Shown here: in pieces, positions 39,670 through 53,278 of the stretch
Layout of the letters: each line of letters opens with the position of its first letter
How positions within the stretch are numbered: the first letter of the stretch is position 1
Origin: Neocallimastix sp. 'constans'
Lineage: Eukaryota
Length of the DNA: 64,000 bases
NCBI GenBank assembly: GCA_050613775.1
Contig: JBODTK010000011.1
Coordinates: forward strand, 62,001-126,000
Direction: 5' to 3'
The notes under the pieces: model-generated
Seen by the model: only the letters and a program-made list of their open reading frames with translations
Databases searched by the model: none
Told to the model about the DNA's origin: nothing
Made by a program: the position numbers and the translations under genes

Positions 39670-42600
39670 ATTATAATAATAATCATAATAATATTAATAA
39701 TTATAATAATTATAATTATTATAATGATAATTTTAAAAATGTTAATATTAAACCTTTAATCTTCTGAATATAATAAGGAATAATCCCATAAATCAAGCCA
39801 ATGGAAATATAATAGAATGATAATTCTTTGGGATATTATTTTTTAAATTAAGTGCGCTTAACTAATCCACGTTCTAAAAATAAAGAAGCTTCTAAAAAGA
39901 AGAAAATGAAATAAATAATATTAAACAAATTTAAGATAAATTTTAATAAGAAGAATTGTAAATTTAATATAAAGAGATATATGCTATTTAAAATATTATT
40001 TATTTTAAATTTCATTCAAAAATAATAATTATTTTATTTTAATAAGTCTATATTATTTAAATAAAATATAACAAGTTTCTAAAGAAATAAGTGAAAAATT
40101 TTATTTTTTACTATATAAGAATCTTTATATTATATCTTTAAATTTAAAAAGAGAAAAATAATAAATTAAAGATTATTATTTGAATAATTATATTTTATTT
40201 ATTTTATTTTTAGTAATTAACTATATAGTTAACATTTATATTTTTTCAATTTGATAGAATTTTTTATTATATTTATTTAATTAATTTAGTTTAATTTTAA
40301 AAAATATTTATAATATAATCATTAATTAAATAGTTTATTTTAAAATAAATTAATTTGTTTAAATTAGATAGCTTTTTCAAATTGATAAATGAATTTTGAA
40401 TCAATGCTATCATCAGTTTTAGTATCAACTAAGTATTATTAATATCATTATTATTATTTATAATGGTTTAAAAATCTATTTTCCTTAACGAAAAAACTAT
40501 ATATTTGTTTTATATATGTTTTATGGTTTACAAAATATAGAGTATTCAAATTAAAAAGTTAATAATTTCACAGAATATTTTTAATAAATTATTAAATATA
40601 TTTCAAATTAATAACATTAAAATTTGATATAAACATATCTAGCAAAAAAAGCATTAAATAATATTAATTTCAATTTCATAATCTTGATTGAAAATAATTA
40701 GTAAAAAATAAAATTTAAGATCTGAAAATTCAGATATTATATTAGAGAATAATATATAATGAAAATATATTGTTTGTATTTATATTTTATAAATAATAAT
40801 GTTAGTTTAGTAATACTAATTCTTTCCTAAATTCAATTCTTGAAAATAAATATTTTATATCATTATTAATTAATTAAATTTAAATAAATATAAATGATAT
40901 TAAAACATTACGAAAATTTAATTTAATAGGAAACTATATTATTGCGTAATAACATAGTTTTTATTTCTTTTATTCTTTGGTTATTAAATAATATAAAATT
41001 TAAAGGTTTTGAACAAGAATTTATATTTTGAACAGAATAACAATTAAATAACTGTGATATTATAAAGATATTTATATAAATTATTATATATTTATCAAAA
41101 TTGTTTATAAATCTATATTAATTTTTATTAAAACTAATCAGTGATTACTTTAGATTACCATATTTTATAAGAAAATTGAAATATTGCAATATTAATGACA
41201 ATATTTGATCCTGAAATATCAACAAAATAAAATAAATAACAGATCAATAAACATCAATAAATTTTATAATATTATATTTAATAAAAAATTATAAATCACA
41301 TTCAAATAATTGGAAAATTGAAATTATTTAACCATAAGAATAACTAACATTAAAGAGTATTGTGAAATACGCTTATATTTTTTAAGTAGTTTAATACTGA
41401 TTATTAATATATTAAATATAATTAAATAAATAATAATACGAAAATAATTTAATAATTAAATTAATGACTATTATTAAAAATAATTTAAGTATTATTTAAT
41501 AAAATATATAATAATTTTTAATAATCATTTATGCAAATACTTATTATAAATATAAAAATAATTTATTATTTATAAAAGAATATTAATGTTTTTTTTAAAG
41601 CAAATTTTGAAAAGAAAGTAATTTGTTACTTACTAGTAAATTAATTATAAATTAAACATTTCTTTTAAATTTTAAATTTTATTAATGACACCACAGAAAA
41701 TGGAAATATAGAATTCATTATATTTTAAATTAAATTTATTTTATTCTCTATTTTTACTATGTTTAATTAAATTAATTTTAATATGAAAAATTTAAAATAC
41801 TTTATGTATCCTTTATTTTAGTAAAACGTATTAAATTTTATATTATTGGATATTAATTATTAGAAATAATTTTATGTTCTTGAATTTCCAACTAGTATTT
41901 TAAAATATTTATAATCTACAAAAATATCAAACAAAATATAAATCAAAAAATAAATCACATATATATAATAAATAGAGAAAGAATATTTTTATAATATATA
42001 AATATACTTTAATAATGAAATTTATTTATTAAAAATATTCTCTACAAGTAATATATATTAAAATAAAAAGAATTAACATTGAATGGATTTTTAATTTTTA
42101 CTTCTAAAAATTAATTTAATATTAAGGGACTATTAATTTATATAATATTTCTAAGTTACATTTTAAATATTTAAATATATTTAAAAAAATAAATATTTCA
42201 ACAATTTTAATTAAAATTATATTTTATATTATATATAATAATAATAAATAAATTATATATTATTTAAATTCTTTGATTATTTAATTCATTTTAGGTTTTA
42301 ATATTTAATATTTATCTAATTATATTTAATAATTATAAATTCATAAGAATTATATTATTATTCTTATACATTATTGTAACCAATGACTTGATTTTTCAAC
42401 ATACTTTTTTCATATCTATTTCATACCTTTATTAATATATAAACTTTATAAATGATAAGATGTTTTAAAATTTATATTATATTATTATTTTATTTTTTGA
42501 ATATAGTATATATCCACTTTTTAAATCGATAATTATGAATATAATTGATTTGAATATTGAAAACATAATTTTTGATTTACATTCGAATTCAAATGTTTAA

Positions 42601-45600
42601 AGATTCTAAAGAAAATTTTCATTTATGTTAATGTTATTTCATTTTTATCTTATTAAAGTTACCAATAGTTATAAAAATAATTTATTTCTTTATCTTATTT
42701 AAGTTACTAATAATAATTGAATGAATTTCGACTAATTATAAGAGAAAGAATATAAAAGTCATACTTAAGATATTTGTGATCAAGTGGAAAGTTATTGAAT
42801 TAATTGAAATTAATCTTGATTAATAAAAAAATAGATAAATTATTGATAAATGTATTTAAAAACTTTGATACAAAAAAATTTATCAAAAAAGTAATTTCTA
42901 AGTGGGATTTAATTTTTCAAAAGATTAAATTTGTTGTAAATATAAAACATATATAACATAATTATATATGTTATATATTTACAACAATAAATTTAAACAT
43001 ATGAATACTTTTCTAAATTGATCCTTTTGATTAAATATGTAGAAGGTGTATATATTTTAATTTTATTAAATCTAGACCCAAACATATTGAACATATTTAG
43101 CAAATAATAAAAGTTTTGAATTATTAACTATGGCCTCTTAAGTAAAATGTTCAATTTTTGGTTCATTGAATTTCTAGTTTTAATTAAAATTAATCCTATG
43201 AAATTGAAATTAATAATTATACTATTCACTAAATTCTTTAATTAACTATTTTAATAATGCTATATTTATTTTTGAACAAGAATTTCTTATTATTTCTTAA
43301 TATTATTAAAACGTTTTAAAAAATTTTATTATGAAGTAAGTATTGAATAAAATATAAATAAATGTAAAATTTTAATTATTTTATATATATTAAAATATAA
43401 TCAAAAAATTCATAAATAAATATAATATTTATTCGCATTGTAGATTAAAAACTTAAATTCCAATAATACTTAAAATAGAAAACGGTAGAGCATCAATACA
43501 TTACATTATTTGATTTTTAATTTCATTATACTCATTATTTTATATATACAAAGATGAAATATATGATTTTAAAATATAAAATGAAATAATAACATAAAGA
43601 TTAATATATTTATATATATTTATGTTTGTAACTAAGCTAATAAAATTTCAATATATTTAAAAATTCTATATTTTAAAATTATACCATTATTTATTACATC
43701 TTCATATTTAATACTGAAGATAATAAAAATTTTTTCTAGATTGTAAAATTATTAATTTAAATAAAAAAATAAAAATAATTATTAATGAAACTTCATTAAT
43801 ACTTATAATAATAATTTTAAATTATATAATATTTAAATATAACTAATATATTAGAAGATTAAGCTGTTTATAATTGTATATATTATAATAATGATATAAG
43901 ACATTATAAACAACACATATTAATATTTTAAATCATTAAAATTACTTTAATAATAGTATTACCATTAAAATATAGTAATTATTATTAAACTAAAAGTTCA
44001 AAATAAATAAAGTATCAAAGAACTATAAAAATTAGTATATGTATAAAACACTTTAATAAAAATAATTAAACGAAAATGATTTAATTCTTAATATATATTA
44101 ATTAATTTATGTTGATAACCAAATCATTTTCATTTAATTATTTTTATTAATTGAATTTAAAGTACAATAAATATATATAATTAGTTAATATAGTAATTAA
44201 ATTATTTTAAGAATACTAATGGATTACATTTTTATACTTTGATTATTCTTAAAGAAGAATCAAAATAAAAACAATTATTATTTAAATAAATTTAAATTAA
44301 ATAATAAATTAATGATTATAAAGTTAAATAATATTATGAATAATTCTTTTCCAAACTCTATAATAATATTTAACATAAATTAAAAATTGAATTGGTAATT
44401 TCTTTAATATTTGTAAGATTAATTCAATAAAAATAAATTTTAATGCATTTTCAAATTAATTATTTTAACTAATTTTTCTATTATATATAATCCTATAAAA
44501 ATTATATTAAAAACAAAATAATAATATTTTATTAAAATGATTTATTATTATAAAAATTATTATTTAGTTATAATTACGGTTTAATTTTATAATTCATATT
44601 TAATAATTTAGTTAAGAAAGGTATTACATAAGCATTATTTTATTTTTGAATTTATATCTAACAAATTATTGTCTTTAATTAAACATAATTATTATTAAAA
44701 TATATCTTAATTATCTTTAAACTATAATTATTTTTAATTGATTATTTTCATACATAATTAATACTCATTTTATTAATTTATGATTAATTTAATAGAAACT
44801 TTCTTATAAAATTAAACAATGAATAAACTTTTATTCATTAATATAACTTTGTTCTTTTATTAAATAAGATACAAGATATAGTTTATTTCAATAAAATATT
44901 ATATAATGATATAAATTAATAATAATAATATAATTAAAACAAAAATTAATCAATAAATAATTTATTTATCTATTATTTAAAAATTAGGTTAATATATTAT
45001 AATCATAAACATTTTATCTTTATAATTTATTATTTATTATTTATATTTAAGAAATAAATAATAAATAATAATAGATAAGAATAAATTATATTGACTTTTT
45101 ATACAATATGGAGTATTATAATCTTAAATATTAATCATAATATAAAGAATAAATAATAAAAGAAAATAGATATATTATTGTAAAAATAATTGTAAAAATC
45201 ATAAAAATTACATAGATCGTCATGTAAATATAACAATTATTCCTAAAAGATTAATAAGCAAACTGTATTTGATATAATTCAAAGAGATATTGTTCTTTCT
45301 TGGAGAATGGCAATTATAATATTTAAAGTTTAGTTTTTAATAAGAATTTTTAAGTGAAAGTAATTAATTTTAATAAAATAATAATATTCTATTTAATCCA
45401 TAATTTTTTTAATATCTTCAAACAATAATTTTGAACATAGTTTGGCATACAAATACATATATCCTAATCAAGTGACTTATATTAATATATGAACAACATA
45501 GCTAAGATATTCAATTAATATTATAAAACTACACTGTTTATGAACGATAAAACTAGAGCATGAAATGCAGTGAAACAACATCGAATAACATGCTCATAAT

Positions 45601-47149
45601 GCTGTAAACATGCACTGAATGCATCTATATTGAACATACATACAATATTAAATATTTTATTATTTTATTTATTATTCTATTTATTATTTTTAATTTAATA
45701 TTTTAATTTATTATTTTTTTAAAATAATTGGTGATATTTTAAAAAAAGTATAGATATATTTATTTCAATATCTAATATAAAAGAATCTATAGATTTACAT
45801 GTATAAATAAAAACAAATCAACCAACTAAAAATTATATATCCTATTCTTGAATTTTTTTTTTTGTAAATAAAATATATTTTACATATTTTTGTGATTATT
45901 GAGTTCAGTTATTAAAAAAAAGTGATTTTTATCACTTTTTTTAAACAATATTTATATAATAATAATAAAAATAATAATAAATAAATATATATATCATTTT
46001 TATTATTATTATTAGTAACTTTTTAAAGATATATGAATGTTAAATGATTCTTGATTTTTATATAGTAATAATTAAAAATCAAGTTCAAAATAATATCATA
46101 AAATTCCAAAAATAAAAAAGAAATTAATAAAATTTTAATAAATAAATTAATTGTATTAATATATAATTTCATTCATTTATATTGTATTTTCAATTTGATT
46201 ATTTTTTTATTTAGTTTAAATCAATTTTATATAAATTATTTAAAAATTAAATTAAATTTATATTAAATATTTAATCTAAATATACATTAATGTTGTATTT
46301 AATAAAAAACAAAACGAAGAACACAAAAAGAAATAGAATATAGAATATTCAAATATTTTATAAAAAACAATTCTTCCATATTAAATATTTATTTTTGGAG
46401 TTCCTTTTTTTTTAATAATAATACAAATTCCATAGTCTATATTGAAACAAATATGATGATTAAATTCATTTTTTTTTTTTAATAATTAAAAATCATAATA
46501 ATAAATATTTATATTAAATTTTAATAATACATAAAAAAAATAACAATTTCATAAATAAAATAAATATGTATAGTTGTATTTTTTTTAATTCAATTTTTTA
46601 TTTCACAATAATTTAATTAATTTTACAATTAGTATGTTATTTTTTTATTTAAATATTAGTATTTTTAATAATTTTTATTGTGTTCTAAATATTTTGCTTC
46701 TAAAATCATCATTCAATTAGAGAATTAGGATATAATATGATAAAAATAACCTTTTAAAGGATAATTTCAGTTAGGATAAGAAAAAATTTTTTCGAAAATT
46801 TTTTAATAAACAAAATAAAATTAATAATCTCATAAAAAATATATATATTATAAAATTAATTTTTATTATAAATTATTTAGTATAATAAAATATTATTTAA
46901 TGTACATTAAATAAAAATAGAATTTTCAAATTATAAACCACCATTTTTCCTTCATATTTTTATTTTTTGAAAAATTTTTGAATTTTGAATTTTTATTTCA
47001 AAAAATTTTTATTCTATTTTTATTATATTTTATTTTAATCTTATTTATTTTATTCATATAGTTAATCTGTGGTTTGTTGATTATTTTATTTTGAATTATT
47101 TCATTTTTGTTGTCTTTATTTATAATTCCATTCGAATAAAATAGTTATG

Positions 47150-48245
47150 TCTTCTTTATTTGAATATATTTATTGTCCTTATTAAAATTTGTTTTTGAGA
47201 TTGCCAAGCAATTCTTTTTATCAAATTCATATATAACTTTCACTCTTTTGCACCATCTTATTTGTCTTATATTACTTGACTTTTTGTATTTAAATAATCC
47301 TAATAAAGGCTTATGATCAGTGTATAATTGAGTTTCATATTTATTTCTAGAAATGTAATATTTAAATTTAGTAATGCAATAATAAACAGCAGTTCCTTCT
47401 AAATCAGTTATACTGTAATTTAATTCCGCTTTATTTAAAGACCTTCCTTACAAAGTAAATGGGTTTTTTTATGTTGTCCTCTTCGTCTTTATAAAGAATA
47501 CTTCAATACAGTCTTTATAGATGTCGGTTCTAATAATAAATTGTTTATCAAAATTTTGAAAGTGTATAATAGTGGCAGATATTAAAACTTCTTTTAGTTT
47601 ATTGAAACTGCCTTCATTGTTCATCAGTCCAAATAAAAGGTTTTTTTTTAAAATTTTATAAAGTGGAGCAGCAGTCATTGCAAAATTATTTAGTGTATTT
47701 TGTTGATTGTCTAAAATTTATCTGAATTAATTTTTAAATCAAATTTTAAAGAATTAATATTTTAATAGGACCAATATATTTAATAAAACAAGGAACATAT
47801 TCAGACTCTTGATCAGCTAATATAGGAACAATAACATCCAAAGTATTATTAGAATTGAGATGACATAAGGTTTTAGATTTAGTATGATTAAAGAAATCAT
47901 TTATTCCAATAGTTTTAAAGATAATTAATAAATCAAAATAAATACTGTCATGATTAATAATACAAATATCAACAATAAAAGATTAAGTGTTGATTGTAAA
48001 AAATAAACAAACAGCAATAGCATCAGTGATAACATCATCATCTAATGCTTCCTAAATACGACCATGACACATAATATCAACGGTTTCATATTCTCCAGGA
48101 AGACTATTAAATTGTCTTAATTTTAAATCTTTACATAATTCAGTCAAAGTTTTGGACAAATATCTAATATTATAGCAAATGAAATATTAAATGGAGTATT
48201 AACCGAATCTTCAGCTAAATTATGGGACAATCTCAATTTTCTTAG
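47150..48245 (-). pseudogene. Gypsy remnant (gag/PR linker and RNase H, RT deleted)
   Basis: FDKQFIIRTD, YSITDLEGTAVY, YTDHKPL; similar to 15300-15713. Confidence 0.8.
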
Positions 48246-48472
48246 AATAATGTATTAAAATGTATATTTAGTATTTTGTATCTAAACACTGCCACAATAT
48301 TTAACATTCCCCCTACATTAGAAATTACATTGAAATTTTTTTTTTTTTTTTTTTTAAGATATTAATAAATGTCATCAGTAAATATAATATGATATAATAT
48401 AAAAATTAGTAATATTAATATAGATAAGAATAGAGTTTTAAGAATATATGAATACAAATATATATTTTTCTT

Positions 48473-50107
48473 TTAATCGAATATGTATTTAGAATAGATG
48501 GACATTTTTGGTCCGGAAATACATTTAGTAAGTGGATCTGCTGCCATTTTATTGGACTCGATCTTTTCCAAATTTATTTTGTTTTTTGTTATATTTTCGT
48601 AAATGAATTTGTACTTTATGTCCATATGTTTTATTCTGCCTCTGGCATTTTCAATTTCAACCATAGCTTTGCATGCATTATTATCTACAAAGATCTTTAT
48701 ATTTAATTCTTTGTTAGTAATTTCTTTTATGATTTTTCTTAATTTTAATGCATGTTTGGTGCATTCAATGAGACTAACACATTCTGCTTCGGCAGAAGAT
48801 AATGTAACACATTTTTGTGTTTGTGATTTCCAAACTATTGGAGCATTTCCCAAGAGGAATATAAAACCACTTGTTGATCTTCTTGTTGATTCATCACCTC
48901 CCCAGTCTGAGTCAGAATATCCAACTAAAGTTTCATTACCATTATAGTAAATTGACTTTTCTTTTGTTGACTTTAAGTATTGCAAGGTCATCATAGCAGA
49001 ATCATAATCAGCTTTCGTTGGCTTTTCACAGTTTCTGGCAAGTTGATTTACCGAGAATGCTATACCCGGTCTCGTTTTAACAGCGATATAAAGTAATGCT
49101 CCTAAAAGTGATTTGTAACTGGTTACATCTACCAACCTGGAATTTTCCCTTTGTTCCATAGTTATCCTATGGCATGGAGTATAGATTCTTTTAGTTTTAT
49201 GCATCATGTATTTTTTGACGATTTTATCAATATAATCCTTTTGATTAATTTTATAGCCCTTTTTAGCTTTCATAATATTAATACCAATGATTTTATTAGC
49301 AATTGATTCTTTAGATATTTTGTATTTTCTTTTAATTTTGTTGATAATTTCTTTAATTTCATCTTCATTACCGGTTAATAATATGTCATCAACGTATAAA
49401 TTTAAAATTTCATATAAATTATGATTCTTATTATACTTACAAAATATACATTCGTCAGTATCTAATTGATGTAATCCTATACTTTTTAGAAATTTTGTAA
49501 TTTCCTTATTCCAAGCTCTTCCGCTTTGTTTTAAGCCGTACAAAGCTTTATTTAATAACCAGTATTTCTCTTTATTAAAATTCTTGTCTCCTTCTGGAAT
49601 TTTTACAAATATTTTTTCTTTCAATTCAGCATTTAGGTATGCTGCTTTTATATCGATTTGCATTATATTCCAATTCATTATAGATGCTATGGCAATAGTA
49701 ATTCTTAAACTATCAGATTGTAAAGTCGGAGCATATGTGTCAATGAAATCCTTCCCTTTAATTTGTTTGAAGCCTCTGATTACAAACCTGGCTTTTCTTA
49801 TTCCGTCATCTTTAATCGTGAATACCCATGTACCATCAAGTATATTTGCATCTTTAGGTATTTCACTACTGTCAACAACTGTTGTGACATGATTATCATA
49901 AATATTTTTAAATTCTTTAGTTATCGCTATTTTCCATTTTTCACGATCAGCTGATTCTAACGCTTGTTTATATGTTTGAGGAACATTTGTTTTAACATAT
50001 AATATATTATTCTCTTTATTATTTATTGATAATTTTCCATCATCCGACTTTTCAACTGGAATATGTAAATCATTTTTGGTATCTTCGTTGTGATCCACTT
50101 TATGCAA
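48473..50107 (-). CDS. pol: Copia-A reverse transcriptase + RNase H (open 544-aa segment)
   Basis: KARFVIRGF, QIDIKAAYLNA, KALYGLKQSGRAWN, YVDD, GYSDSDWGG, RRSTSGF, ADPLTK. Confidence 0.95.
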   Translation of the reverse strand: MHKVDHNEDTKNDLHIPVEKSDDGKLSINNKENNILYVKTNVPQTYKQALESADREKWKIAITKEFKNIYDNHVTTVVDSSEIPKDANILDGTWVFTIKDDGIRKARFVIRGFKQIKGKDFIDTYAPTLQSDSLRITIAIASIMNWNIMQIDIKAAYLNAELKEKIFVKIPEGDKNFNKEKYWLLNKALYGLKQSGRAWNKEITKFLKSIGLHQLDTDECIFCKYNKNHNLYEILNLYVDDILLTGNEDEIKEIINKIKRKYKISKESIANKIIGINIMKAKKGYKINQKDYIDKIVKKYMMHKTKRIYTPCHRITMEQRENSRLVDVTSYKSLLGALLYIAVKTRPGIAFSVNQLARNCEKPTKADYDSAMMTLQYLKSTKEKSIYYNGNETLVGYSDSDWGGDESTRRSTSGFIFLLGNAPIVWKSQTQKCVTLSSAEAECVSLIECTKHALKLRKIIKEITNKELNIKIFVDNNACKAMVEIENARGRIKHMDIKYKFIYENITKNKINLEKIESNKMAADPLTKCISGPKMSIYSKYIFD

Positions 50108-50307
50108 TTGTCCTGTTTTATCAGTATTAATTATGCTTGACGACCTTTCCCCCTCAATTGATGAAGTGGATGTTTCCAGTAGTGAACTAATAATTTTATT
50201 AGTAAAAAAATAAGTATTAATAGTACCTGGTAGATTTTCAAAAAAATAGACATCCCTAGCAGTGATGATAGAGTTAGTGTCTAAATCTAAAATCTGGGTA
50301 CAAGATT

Positions 50308-50841
50308 TTATATACCTTGCTTTGCGTTATTTTCGTATTTATCCTTTTTATAATTATTGAAGAACGCTACTTTGCATCCGAAAACTTTTAGGTTTGAAAT
50401 ATCTGACAATTTATTGAAGAAGACATCGTCCGGAACTAAATTATTATTTCCTTGATGAGGATTTAAGTTGTATAATTTTGCAGCTACAACGATAGCCTCA
50501 TCCCAGAAACAAAGAGGAAGTTTTGCCCAATTTAATAACGTTATGGAGCAATTATTTAATGTTTGGTTTAAGCGTTCCGCTTTACCATTTTGTTCATGTG
50601 CGCCAGCTTCAGAATGGATAAATTTTATACCATTTTCATGAACAAAATTAGAAAAATTGTTGTTTATATATTCGAGACCTCTATCAGACTTCAGTATTTT
50701 AATATGGTATCCATAGACATTTTTCATTAATTTGTAGAAATCCACAAAATTTCCTAAGACTTCATTTTTAGCTTTAATGGGATATACCCAACATTTTCTC
50801 GAATAATCGTCTAAAAAGGTTAACATAAAATTTGAATCCAC
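50308..50841 (-). pseudogene. pol: Copia-A integrase core
   Basis: FLDDYSR, KSDRGLEY, QNGKAERLN, LKVFGC; frameshifts on both sides. Confidence 0.95.
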
Positions 50842-51063
50842 TGTTCGATATTTTGAGCTTGCCTACGACATCTGTGTGGACCAATTCCAAAGGATTTGTT
50901 GTTTAATTTGTTGACGTGTTGAACTTTGCCCTTTTCATTTTACTAATTTTGCATTGTTTACAAATGTGCTTATTTTGGGTATGATCCTTAACATAACTTT
51001 CTAATTCCTTATTTACAAAATGGCCAAGTCTGGCATGCCAAAGGTTATGTTCAATATGATTTA

Positions 51064-52788
51064 CTAGCAATCTATACCCTCAACATAATTTACATCATTG
51101 TTAGTTTGTAAATCTTTTGATTTCATTACAAATAAACCTTCATTGTTTGAGTTGAGATTAATAATATATTTATTATTCTTTGTGATAGTTAGTACCTTCT
51201 TATTTCTAATTTTTCTAATGTTTAGTTCAAAACCCATATTTAATATATGGTTTGTCGAAATTAAATTATTTTTTATATTCGATGCGAAATAAACATTTGG
51301 TATGGAAAAAAACTTATTTTTATATTCCCCTTTGTGCATTCCAACATATTTTATAATTTCAGTAGTTCCATTAGCATAAGTAATTGTTCTTTCTTCAATT
51401 TCCTTAACATTTGTTAATTTATTACAGTCTTTTATTAAATTGATAGCAGTTCCACTATCAATAATCCAAGAGGTAGAGGATATATTCGGATTTTTGGAGG
51501 TATTTATATCTTCGTATTTTCTCTTGTTGTTGTGGCCTTTTTTGAAATCATTTTTTGAGAGGGAACAAGAGACATAATTAGAATTAAAATTTAATGATTT
51601 TATATCATCTGAATCAGAATCAGAGTGTTGATTAGTGTGTTTTTTAATTTTATTTTCAACATTACATGATTTAAATATTTTATTATATTTTTTAGTTTTT
51701 AACTTTAATTTTCTTTTTCTACCTTTATTTATCTTATTATTACTTGAATTGCTTTGGTTGGTTTTAATTTTATAGCAATTCTTAGTTATATGTCCATATT
51801 TTTCACATATGTAACAATAGTTGTCTTCTATATGGACCTTTTCTCTTTGATTTTTATTTTTATCAAAGTTGAAGTTGTATGGTAACTTACCCTTTTGGAC
51901 TCTGTTTATATTGTTATTATATTTATCGAAATTATTATTATCAGTTAAATTCTTTATTGTTACCATCAGCGAATTTAATTTGTACATTTTTTCTTTAAAT
52001 TCGTCATAAGAATTGCAATCAACCAAATAGACAAATAAAGGATGTATTCTGGTATTTATAAGTTCTTTAAAAATGTGAGTTATTTTATAAATATCATCTA
52101 GTGATTCTTTATTTAATTTATCACATTCTGTTTTTCTAAGGTTATATAATTCGTCCATTTTATGTATATAGCTTAAAAAATCATTATCTTCAATTTTTAA
52201 GCCTTTAATTTGTTTATCGATATTATCAATATAGGATTGACCTGTTTGATAATATCTTTCTTTTAATCTACTCATCATTTCAAACGCTGTTTTACATCCT
52301 TTTAGTACATCATTTCCCTCTTCATCAAGACTAGATTCAATTATTGACTGGGTTTTATTATCCTTTTTAATTTCCAGTTGATTCATTGATTTGGTTTCCT
52401 TTTGGACTTCAATGAAATTTATTAAATCCGTTGAAATAAGGTGATGTACTAAAGGTTTATACCATTGTTGAAAATTAATAGAAGTTAAATGAAAGTTTTT
52501 AATGTGAAAAGGAACATTATTTGTTCCTTCATCACCTTTAGTATTTACATTGATACTATTATAGTCTTCATTATTACTTCTTATTTTCATATTTTCAGTG
52601 GTTTTTATAAATGCGTTTGTTATTTATTCAAGATTATTATGATTATTGTTGTTTATAGCTTCTAAAAGTTTTTGTAAACCTTTATTTACCAGTTCAGAAT
52701 TATCCAAGGTTTCTTTTTCTCTTGAATTATTACTGGTACTAGCTATGTTGTTTGATGAGTTAGAGGACTCATTATTTTTAGAATCCAT
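51064..52788 (-). pseudogene. gag: Copia-A gag-protease
   Basis: ATG at 52788, in-frame TAA before ORF 51064-52590; zinc knuckle CYICEKYGHITKNC; protease WIIDSGTAINL. Confidence 0.92.
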
Positions 52789-53278
52789 GTTTTATGTTTA
52801 TTTAATTTATAAAATTTAAATTTTGATTAATAATTTATTAATTTTAATTGTTTTAAAATTTTAAATCCTTTGTTTAAATTTTAATCAAAATTTTTAATTT
52901 TTAAATTTATAATGTAAATTTCAATATTTAAATTTTGAAATTAATTTAGTGATTTCAAAGTAATCACTTTTGTAAAACTAATTATTTAACCAAATAATAC
53001 AATAATACCTTACATAGAGTCGTTGAGACTTTTAATCTATTAAGTTTAGGTTTGGAATACACAATAAATATTAATAAAAATTCTTAATATAATTTCAGAT
53101 GAACTTATGTTTTTATTTGTTTACTTTTTAATTTATTTATTTCTTACTGCTAAGATTATTATTTTTTTTTTTTTTTATAGTTATATAAATTTATATTTAC
53201 AATGTAATTGATAATGTATTAAAATGTATATTTAGTATTTTGTATCTAAACACTGCCACAATATTTAACAATTTTAAA

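Larger units (their letters stand above)
48247..53270 (-). mobile_element. Ty1/Copia element A, near full length, 3' LTR truncated to 60 bp
   Basis: 5' LTR 53038-53270; PBS 53024-53037; PPT 48307-48315; 48247-48306 is identical to 53211-53270; gag-PR-IN-RT-RH order. Confidence 0.95.

Noticed and set aside
45912..45944. Hairpin AAAAAAAGTGAT/ATCACTTTTTTT as a terminator
   Set aside because: Mostly homopolymer pairing, expected by chance at this AT content; eukaryotic context
39750..46900. Possible exon relics (~42720-43310, ~45200-45630)
   Set aside because: Slightly higher GC, but no ORF or motif I can assign with confidence
47801..47814. Sixth Lys-type PBS (TCAGACTCTTGATC)
   Set aside because: Mismatch in the core, lies inside a Gypsy coding relic, no adjacent LTR end
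48603..51292. Antisense ORFs over Copia-A (also 2419-2682, 5889-6101, 59790-60347)
   Set aside because: Shadow frames of TE coding sequence with no motifs
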